Shown: positions 7,078-14,076 of the stretch, in pieces
Numbering within the stretch: the stretch's first letter is position 1
Layout of the letters: every line of letters starts with the position of its first letter
NCBI RefSeq assembly: GCF_001652585.1
Contig: NZ_LWLG01000004.1
Span: 1-32,000 of the forward strand
Reading direction: 5' to 3'
Origin: Thermosulfurimonas dismutans
Lineage (GTDB): Bacteria > Desulfobacterota > Thermodesulfobacteria > Thermodesulfobacteriales > Thermodesulfobacteriaceae
Length of the DNA: 32,000 nucleotides
The notes under the pieces: generated by a model
Databases searched by the model: none
The model's input: the letters and a program-made list of their open reading frames with translations, nothing else
What the model was told of the DNA's origin: nothing
Program-made: the position numbers and the translations under genes

Positions 7078-8609
7078 AACTTCTTGATTTCTGTACCGGG
7101 ATAATAATAAAATAGAATCTCTCGATAGGTATATTTCTTTCCCATAAAGGCTGCTCCCCACTGTGAGTATCCTACCCCGTGCCCAAAACCTCCACCCTCG
7201 AAAATGAATTGATCTCCATTCTTTTTTATAGATGATAGTAAAATATCCGGAAGTTTTAAAGCCCGTCGAAGAGTAGTTCGAGTACGTAAAACTTTAACCC
7301 CATTTCTGGCTATAAGTTTTATTTTTATAACTCGCCCTGAAGGCCCTTTTTCAACCGGTTCAATAGCTGTCAAGCCTATAACTTTTATCCCAATACGATT
7401 AAGTCTTTCCTCTACCTCCTTTATATTGAAAACTCTTCGCCAGCGAGCCATTTTTCCCTTAAGACTTTCTGGATCAGGCTGAGCTCTGAGATAAGGTTTA
7501 GATAAACTAAAAACAGCTTTCGGATCCGCAGTATAACCACCACTATTAGCCATATACATAGCTAATATGGGCCTATTCTTATAAACCAGTACTTCTCCCT
7601 CCGTTTCTCTTACTGCTCTGGTAGATCTAGGATGTTCTTTATCCACTCCACCATAAGCTTGATCTCCTTCATAATCTACTAAATCATAGGGCTTGTTTTT
7701 GCGATGAAGCAATTGATAATAAGCATAAGTACGGGCTGCCACGGCTTGAGCTTTTAAGGTTTCAAGTGGCCAAGAAGCCGGAGACTCGGAAGGAACCACC
7801 GAGAGAAGATATTCTTCTATATCTAAAATATTAATAACCAACAATTTTCCCTGATAAATCTCCACACATACTTTACCGCGCACCCGTTTTTTGCGAGGGC
7901 TTTCCACCTTAAGGGGCCCTGAACCCCGGAAACAAAGCCTTGAAACTCCAACCCTTTTATCACCGATACACAATTCTCGTCCAATAGCCCGTACTAAAAA
8001 AGCTTCATTACACCCTAAAATTTCATTACAAACTGGAGTTCCTTTTATCAAAATCTCTTTTATTCCCTTGGCCAACCTTACCCTCACCCTGGGTCTTACT
8101 ACTTTGATTTCAGGAGGTGGAGGCGTCGGAATTATGAGCAGCCTTTTCAGTAAAGCCTCAGCCTGGAAACGAAAACGTCCCTCTGGATAGAACTTTAAGT
8201 ATTTTTCAAGAACTAAACGAGCTTCCTCTTTACGCCCCAAGTCAAAAAGAAGCAAACCCTCTCTATATAGGGCTACTTCTTCCTTTTCAGGATATTCCTT
8301 TTCTATCTGCTGATAGACCTTTAAAGCCTCCTCCGGGGCATCTAAAAAGGTTGAGAGCAGGGCAGCCTTAGACAGAAGGGCCTCGGCTCTAGTGGCTCGC
8401 CGGCGAGAAATTTCATAGGCTGTCTCATAGTTCTCCAGGGCCTCCATATATTTCCCTACATCAATGAGATAGCTGGCATAATTCAGGTACCACCGGGCCA
8501 GTCTCTCGGTTTCCAGATCCACCTGGGCCAGCGAATAACCCCTCCATAAATTCACAACTAGAATCACCCAAACTACGACCAGAAAAAAGTTTCTAGTTCT
8601 GACCATCAT
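7071..8609 (-). CDS. Exported TPR-SpoIID/LytB-domain protein (peptidoglycan-remodelling family)
   Basis: 512-aa ORF. Signal peptide MMVRTRNFFLVVVWVILVVNLWRGYSLA/Q. N-terminal TPR (GKYMEALENYETAYEI...). SpoIID hallmarks: EEYLLSVVPSESPASWPLETLKAQAVAARTYAY, ANSGGYTAD, GGGFGHGVGYSQWGA. Confidence 0.85.
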   Translation of the reverse strand: MMVRTRNFFLVVVWVILVVNLWRGYSLAQVDLETERLARWYLNYASYLIDVGKYMEALENYETAYEISRRRATRAEALLSKAALLSTFLDAPEEALKVYQQIEKEYPEKEEVALYREGLLLFDLGRKEEARLVLEKYLKFYPEGRFRFQAEALLKRLLIIPTPPPPEIKVVRPRVRVRLAKGIKEILIKGTPVCNEILGCNEAFLVRAIGRELCIGDKRVGVSRLCFRGSGPLKVESPRKKRVRGKVCVEIYQGKLLVINILDIEEYLLSVVPSESPASWPLETLKAQAVAARTYAYYQLLHRKNKPYDLVDYEGDQAYGGVDKEHPRSTRAVRETEGEVLVYKNRPILAMYMANSGGYTADPKAVFSLSKPYLRAQPDPESLKGKMARWRRVFNIKEVEERLNRIGIKVIGLTAIEPVEKGPSGRVIKIKLIARNGVKVLRTRTTLRRALKLPDILLSSIKKNGDQFIFEGGGFGHGVGYSQWGAAFMGKKYTYREILFYYYPGTEIKKLW

Positions 8610-10809
8610 CCTTGATCTTAAACTCCTTGCTCACTCCCATCACAGAGACTTCACCCCACAAATCTTTCTTTATTTCGGGCCTAAGCTGTACATTTCCCCT
8701 CATGTCCAGATGAAATTTAAGAAGCGGAGAGGAAAGGAAAAACCTTTTTATATACAAATCACTAATTCCTCCCTCTACGGCAAATCCCAAAGCCTCAAAG
8801 ACTATCGTATCTTTAAGCTTGGTGGGATTAAGTTTTACCAAAGAAAGAACGTTCAAGAACCAGCGTAGATTACTATTCAGGTGAGAAATTTTAAGTATTT
8901 TGCCACCTCTTATCTCGCCTACACCCTCAAAAGAAAGTTTATCCAAGAGTTCCTTGACATTGTCTCCCTCGGTCTCCATCGAAACCTTAAAAGTAAGATT
9001 TCCCAAAATATAAACCGGAGCCTCCCTGAGAAAACAGGCCAGAAAATTGTCCACCGGGGCCGAAAGGGTCTGAGTCTCTCCCGAAAGTAAGAGCTTCCCT
9101 CCCTTTTCAATCTCTCCGGAAAGCGCAACGCTGGTATAACAGCTTTCGGCCCTCAGCAAGAAATCGGCCGGCTCTTGAGATAGTGAAAGCTTTAAAAGTA
9201 TTCGCTCTAGGGGCATAAAGTCTCCATACTCCATAGTATCCAAAGAAAGTTCCCATTCAGGAGCTATCTTGCGAAGATGCTCCAGAAAACCGAAATCAAA
9301 TTTGGTGGAAGCCAAATTGGAAGAAGCGGTGGGTTCCGGCTTTACCGAGGTCTCCCTTTCTTCTGAACTCAGAGAAACGAGCTTAAGCGTCCGGCCTCTG
9401 AGGGAAAGCCTTTCCGGAGTATATTCTAGAAAGGCCTCATCAAGATTAATATCCAGATCCCGGTCCTGAATTCTGGCCTCTAAGCGGAGGTTTTCCTTCT
9501 CTTTCTTAGAGGCCAGAAATTTAACAAAATTCAAATCTTTAAAACGAAAACTTTCAACTTCGAGATTGATAACGGCCTCCGGCCAAGAAAAAGGCCACCC
9601 CAAGCTTCCTTCAATCTTGACCTTTCCACCATTTTCGTCTCGAAAAGCCAGAAAAAGGTCGTCTATCCCGATCGCTTTCTCTTTCAGGCTCTTCAAACTT
9701 ACTCTTGCAGAAGACGGAGCCAAGAACGAAAGGATCTTTTTCCAGTCCTCACCTTCAATTTTTACCTTCCCATTCCCAAGAATCTCTATCAGGAAGTTTA
9801 GTTTCAGATCAGTATTATTCCCATATATTCCCTCCAGCTCTTTGATCCCAAATAAAGAATCCTCAATCTCTACCTTCAATTTCGGAAAAGAGAAACGGAC
9901 ATCCTTTAAAGAGAGAGTAACCGAAGGAAATCGAAAACTGTAATGATTTTCATCGTATGAGAGTTCCCCCTTCAAATAACAACTCAGGATTTCCCGACCA
10001 GCGGCAAAGACACTTACTTTGCTTTCTCCGATTTCACCACTAAAAGATAAAAGACTCCAGTTCTTATCTCCCGAAACTAAGCTCACTTTACTCTGATTAA
10101 TTACCAAGACACCACTTAATTCCGGATATTCCAGCTTTAACCAGGGGAACTCCTTCTCAAAAGAAGATAAAATCTTATGAGGAAAAAATTTATCCAAAAC
10201 TTCATAAACTGTTGAAAGCTCAAGTTTGAAGCCAGAAAAAGTCAAAGCTAGATTATCCTTTTGGGCCTTTGCATCTGAAATCAACTCTCCCTCAAAGGCC
10301 GAGAGGGTGCTATTAGATAAATCTATACGCGTGGCAGAAAATTGAAGCCTGGAAGCCTCCTTCAACAAACTGACATTCTCCATCCTTAAGCTTTCAAAGA
10401 TCTCAATACCATCAAGGGCAACTTCTTTTACATGGAGTTTTAAAGCTTGAGAGCGCCAAACTAGCTCAATCCCTTTCAGAGAAAGTACGCCCTCTATTTT
10501 TAGAGGTACATCCTTTAAAATGGCCTCCTTTTTGAGGAATTTCAGGACTTCAAGAGTCCTTATTTCAACTTTACGTATCGAGACCTTAAAGCTTTCATCT
10601 TCTCTATATAAGATTTTTGCGCCCTCCAGGGCCAAACCAAACTCAGGGATGTTCAAGCTATCAACCCTAAATTCGCGAGCCTCCCGGAGAGGCGAAGGGA
10701 GGAAAAGTAAAGCCCTGAGATTGAGCCTGGTAAAGGGACCTTCCGTACAAAAGGCTGTTGGAACAATTCCTAAAAATAATAGACTTACAAAACCAAGGAA
10801 AATTTTCAT
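8593..10809 (-). CDS. Exported AsmA-like/TamB-like beta-rich protein (assignment tentative)
   Basis: 738-aa ORF and first gene of the operon. N-terminal hydrophobic signal or anchor MKIFLGFVSLLFLGIVPTAFC. Long alternating beta-strand-like sequence. The C-terminal block FEALGFAVEGGISDLYIKRFFLSSPLLKFHLDMRGNVQL resembles the AsmA C-terminal region (f-x-x-l-x-x-x-x-x-i-x-n-G ... s-p-x-l-x-x-x-g-x-G-x-i-x-L). It overlaps the next gene by 17 nt. Confidence 0.5.
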   Translation of the reverse strand: MKIFLGFVSLLFLGIVPTAFCTEGPFTRLNLRALLFLPSPLREAREFRVDSLNIPEFGLALEGAKILYREDESFKVSIRKVEIRTLEVLKFLKKEAILKDVPLKIEGVLSLKGIELVWRSQALKLHVKEVALDGIEIFESLRMENVSLLKEASRLQFSATRIDLSNSTLSAFEGELISDAKAQKDNLALTFSGFKLELSTVYEVLDKFFPHKILSSFEKEFPWLKLEYPELSGVLVINQSKVSLVSGDKNWSLLSFSGEIGESKVSVFAAGREILSCYLKGELSYDENHYSFRFPSVTLSLKDVRFSFPKLKVEIEDSLFGIKELEGIYGNNTDLKLNFLIEILGNGKVKIEGEDWKKILSFLAPSSARVSLKSLKEKAIGIDDLFLAFRDENGGKVKIEGSLGWPFSWPEAVINLEVESFRFKDLNFVKFLASKKEKENLRLEARIQDRDLDINLDEAFLEYTPERLSLRGRTLKLVSLSSEERETSVKPEPTASSNLASTKFDFGFLEHLRKIAPEWELSLDTMEYGDFMPLERILLKLSLSQEPADFLLRAESCYTSVALSGEIEKGGKLLLSGETQTLSAPVDNFLACFLREAPVYILGNLTFKVSMETEGDNVKELLDKLSFEGVGEIRGGKILKISHLNSNLRWFLNVLSLVKLNPTKLKDTIVFEALGFAVEGGISDLYIKRFFLSSPLLKFHLDMRGNVQLRPEIKKDLWGEVSVMGVSKEFKIKDDGQN

Positions 10810-10818
10810 TAAAGAGAG

Positions 10819-10848
10819 ATTTTAGCGCCCTTACAAAAATTTAGTCAA
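10819..10848 (-). promoter_or_regulatory. Sigma70-type promoter of the envelope operon (TTGACT-N18-TAAAAT), giving a nearly leaderless first gene
   Basis: The minus strand reads gcTTGACTaaatttttgtaagggcgcTAAAATctctctttaATG. The -10 hexamer ends 9 nt before the ATG at 10807-10809, and there is no Shine-Dalgarno sequence. Confidence 0.4.
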
Positions 10849-10951
10849 GCAAATAAACCCTCCATAAAAATCAGCAAAAGCGAATTTTCTGGCTTGATTA
10901 GCCAATCAGAATCTGATAAAAGCTCTCCAAAGACTAAAATGGAGGCTAGAT

Positions 10952-11731
10952 ATGATAAAAAAGTTATTTCTATTTTTGATTTCCTTATGGATTTTAGGTA
11001 CTGGAAAGGCTTGGTCCTTAGAAATTGAGGGGGCCCTGGGAATATGGAGTCAGGATCCTTGGGGAGAGATAGCCTATAAGGGAGATGCCCTCACCATGGA
11101 CAAAAATCTGGACTTTGACATGAAGGATAGGTTTTACGGTCGGCTCAGGTTGAACTTACCCTTAGTTAACTTTTATCTAGGTTTCACTCCCGTTGAGTTC
11201 GATGGTGAGGGTCGGAAAGACGCAAGCTTTCGTTTCGGTGACGTGGTTTTCAACGGCACTCTGCCCTTCGATTCCTATTTGTCCATTGATCAGTATGACA
11301 TAGGTATCTTCTGGGGGATCCCATTTCTTAAAACGGCCACCAAGGTGGCTACGCTGGGCTTTGCGGGCATAAATTTGGAGTTAGGTATAAATCTTCGAGT
11401 GCTCGACATAAAAGCCAAAATTGAACAAGAAACCGTCGGAAAGGAAGAAAAGAGCTTTTTGATCCCCATCCCCATGATTTATGGAGGGCTCTTTTTGGAC
11501 TTCGGCCGTCTGGCGCTAGAGGGAGAGGTCCGGGGGATGAATTACCAAGACAACCATTATTACGATGTCGTAGTCCGTCTCAAAGGAATCTTGCTTAAGC
11601 CCGTCCCCCTAGGGCCCTCTCTTTTTGTAGGAGTAGGTTACAAATATCAAAATCTTGAGCTCGACATAAAGGATATCGAGGGCTCTCTGGAATTAACTGG
11701 GCCCTTCTTCGAAATAGGAGGAAGTTTTTAG
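10952..11731 (+). CDS. Outer-membrane beta-barrel protein (unassigned family)
   Basis: 259-aa ORF. GGAGG lies 6 nt upstream of the ATG. Signal peptide MIKKLFLFLISLWILGTGKAWS/LE. Alternating amphipathic strands. The C-terminal ...FFEIGGSF ends in Phe, which is typical of BAM substrates. Confidence 0.7.
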   Translation: MIKKLFLFLISLWILGTGKAWSLEIEGALGIWSQDPWGEIAYKGDALTMDKNLDFDMKDRFYGRLRLNLPLVNFYLGFTPVEFDGEGRKDASFRFGDVVFNGTLPFDSYLSIDQYDIGIFWGIPFLKTATKVATLGFAGINLELGINLRVLDIKAKIEQETVGKEEKSFLIPIPMIYGGLFLDFGRLALEGEVRGMNYQDNHYYDVVVRLKGILLKPVPLGPSLFVGVGYKYQNLELDIKDIEGSLELTGPFFEIGGSF

Positions 11732-12300
11732 TTATGTTCAAACCTCTTTCATTCATGACGTAGCGCGCAAGGTTTTTGGCCCCGCCATAGCCGCGGATAA
11801 ATTCCCGGCGCCACCTACCGGGCTAGGGAAGAAAGTTTAAATTAAAAATGAGGAACCGTGCGCCGGATAGCTGTTTCTGCCCTTGCGTTTTTAATCTGGC
11901 ATCTCTTAGGTTTCGCAGTCTTGGCGTGGGCCATTTCGGAGGAGTGTCTGCTTGCCTAGGAAATGGGAGTAAAAGCCTTTAGTCTCTCCAAGGAGACTCC
12001 GGTAAAAGCTTTACTGATTAGTAAGACGGAGAAAACTCCATCCTAAGCGGGGTAAAATCTGTCTGCTCGGGAGTTTCCCGAAGAGCGCCATGGGTCTTCA
12101 CCTACTGCTTTCTGAATGGTCTTCTCAGGGAGGTAAAGCACTTCGACCCAGGACGGCTGGGGAGAAAGATAGCCAAGCTTAATCCGGCCCGGGCCCCCTC
12201 ATGGCCCCGAAGTCCCCTTGTCCTTGGTGAGGGTAAGTAAGAGCGGAGCAACCCCGCGCCGCGCTCTACAAAGCGTCCAGCCGTAGAACCCCTGGCCCTA

Positions 12301-14040
12301 CTAAATGTCTACCTCCCCAGCAGAAGCAGTCTTTAGGGCCTGGAGACCATCCTGGGCCATCTTCAAAGTAGGATCAAGGCTCAAGGCCATCTCAAAGAAT
12401 CTCCGGGCCTCGGGAATAACCCCCAGTTCTTTAAGACAATAACCGGCATTGGCGTAGTCCACCGCCGAAGAGGGCTCAAGCTCGACCGCCCGGAGGAAGG
12501 CCTGGAGGGCCTCTCCGTACTTACTTTCCTTGAAATAAGCCCGGCCCAGAAGATTCCAGAGCTCGGGCATCTCACCCAGGGCCAGTCCTTCCTCTGCGGC
12601 CTGCCGGGCCTTTTCGTACTCGCCAAGTCCCAGATAGACATCGGCCAAATGGGCATAAAGCGCGGGACGGTCGGCAGGCTCGGGCTTAAGTTCTAGGGCC
12701 TTTTTAAAGGCGGAAAGGGCCGCGGAACGATCCCCCAGTTTTGACAATACTTGACCCAAGTAAGAAAAGACGTAGTACCGCGGTGGGGCCTCTTCACTTA
12801 AAAACTTGAGCAAAGGCAAACTCCTCTCGGGCTCAAGATAAAGGGCCGCTACCCTGACAAGCTGATAAAGGGGCGAGAGTCTGGTCCTCTCCCTAAACAG
12901 GATACCCGGAATAATGGCGTAGACCGCCGGAAGCTCCAGGATGGGATGTCCGATATCCACCAGGTATAGATCATATCCCTGCCCCTTTAGGCCTTCAGCC
13001 AGACGCCTCAGTTCCTCTACGTGATCCTCGGCATAAATATTGGGAAGTTCGTCGAGATCCACCTCGCCGGAGCGAGCCAACACGTAGGAGGCCTCTTCTA
13101 GGGTGGCAAACTTGGGAAGCGCACTCTCCACGTACTGGCCTTCGGTATCGAAGTCCCCGGCAAGCTGAGCTATCTCGGTAAGAGTACGAATCAAGGCCCT
13201 TTCAGGGCTGGTTCCGGTACCAGAGGCATAGACGATTTCGCTCCGGTGAGGATAAGTGGAAGGGTCCATGGCCATAGCCGCCACCGTGGGAGCCGGCATA
13301 CCGAAGGTCATATCTCGAATCCAGAGCCGAATACCAAGTTTCTCAAAACAACGACAAAGTTGATCGCCCTCCCCAGAGATGGATGCCCGGCGAATTTCCG
13401 GCATAGGACTTTTGTAGCGGGCCGACAGCGCCGAGACGTGGCGTTCAATCAACTCGCAGGTGGCCTGGACCGCGGCCTCGGGATAGGTATTTCCTGCAGC
13501 CGAACCGTTGTATTCGTAAAGAATCCAGAACCAGAAAAAAGGTAACTCTCGGACCTGACCGCTAGCTACTTCCAAGGCTGGCACAAAATAAAACGGGACC
13601 TCTGGAAGGACCTTGAGCACCACCTCGCGGGCTTTTCGATCTTCCTCAGGATCCTCCACCGAAGCCATGAGCTTGGCTGGAGAAAGGGTCTTTTCACCAA
13701 GTTCCGCTAAAGTAGTTAGCTTCGTATAGGCCCGATTCTTCACGAAATCGAAGAGCGAAAACCTCTCTACCAGTTCCATGAGGGCGCTTGCCCGCGAAAG
13801 GACATCCGTGCTCCCTTTGCCCATTTGTTTGTAGTTTCCGGTGGTCTTCTGCCCCTCAAGATCATAAATACTGATATAGACTGGGATCCCCAATCGCCCC
13901 TTGTCAATCCGTCGAAGCTCCCGAAAGATCTTGAGACCACTTCTCCGGAAGGCTTGTTCCACCATGGAAATGGTTTCTTCCGGATTTCTGGATTTGTCAG
14001 CTATCTTCTTAGGTGAAGGCAAAAAAAACTTCTCTCTCAC
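12301..14040 (-). CDS. ycaO: YcaO-domain protein fused to C-terminal TPR repeats
   Basis: 579-aa ORF with a GTG start preceded by GGAGGT. YcaO motifs: QMGKGSTDVLSRASALMELVERFS and NGSAAGNTYPEAAVQATCELIERH. C-terminal TPRs: LGDRSAALSAFKKALELKPE..., GEYEKARQAAEEGLAL, SKYGEALQAFLRAVELEPSS, GVIPEARRFFEMALSLDP. Confidence 0.85.
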   Translation of the reverse strand: MREKFFLPSPKKIADKSRNPEETISMVEQAFRRSGLKIFRELRRIDKGRLGIPVYISIYDLEGQKTTGNYKQMGKGSTDVLSRASALMELVERFSLFDFVKNRAYTKLTTLAELGEKTLSPAKLMASVEDPEEDRKAREVVLKVLPEVPFYFVPALEVASGQVRELPFFWFWILYEYNGSAAGNTYPEAAVQATCELIERHVSALSARYKSPMPEIRRASISGEGDQLCRCFEKLGIRLWIRDMTFGMPAPTVAAMAMDPSTYPHRSEIVYASGTGTSPERALIRTLTEIAQLAGDFDTEGQYVESALPKFATLEEASYVLARSGEVDLDELPNIYAEDHVEELRRLAEGLKGQGYDLYLVDIGHPILELPAVYAIIPGILFRERTRLSPLYQLVRVAALYLEPERSLPLLKFLSEEAPPRYYVFSYLGQVLSKLGDRSAALSAFKKALELKPEPADRPALYAHLADVYLGLGEYEKARQAAEEGLALGEMPELWNLLGRAYFKESKYGEALQAFLRAVELEPSSAVDYANAGYCLKELGVIPEARRFFEMALSLDPTLKMAQDGLQALKTASAGEVDI

Positions 14041-14076
14041 AAAAAACCTCCGTTTTTCAGATTTTTAAGTTTAATG

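Noticed and set aside
7078-7161. 28-codon N-terminal extension of the 783-aa ORF
   Set aside because: It lies inside the SpoIID-like gene and is not signal-like. The internal ATG at 7077 gives a proper signal peptide and a coupled ATG/TGA overlap.
11732-12300. RNase P RNA or tmRNA in the large intergenic gap
   Set aside because: Superficial resemblances exist, namely GGTAAGTAAGAGCGGAGC and GTAGAACCCCTGGCC against RNase P conserved regions. I could find neither the universal GGAAAGTCC core on either strand nor a tRNA-like T-arm followed by CCACCA. The call is not supportable by eye, so the region is left as an unexplained gap in the findings.
13565-13590. TGGCAC sequence (13568-13573) as a possible sigma54 -24 element, with TGGCAT at 11897-11902 and 31397-31402
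   Set aside because: None is followed by TTGC at the -12 spacing. The first lies inside the YcaO coding region on the non-coding strand. The last is simply the spacer of the tRNA sigma70 promoter.
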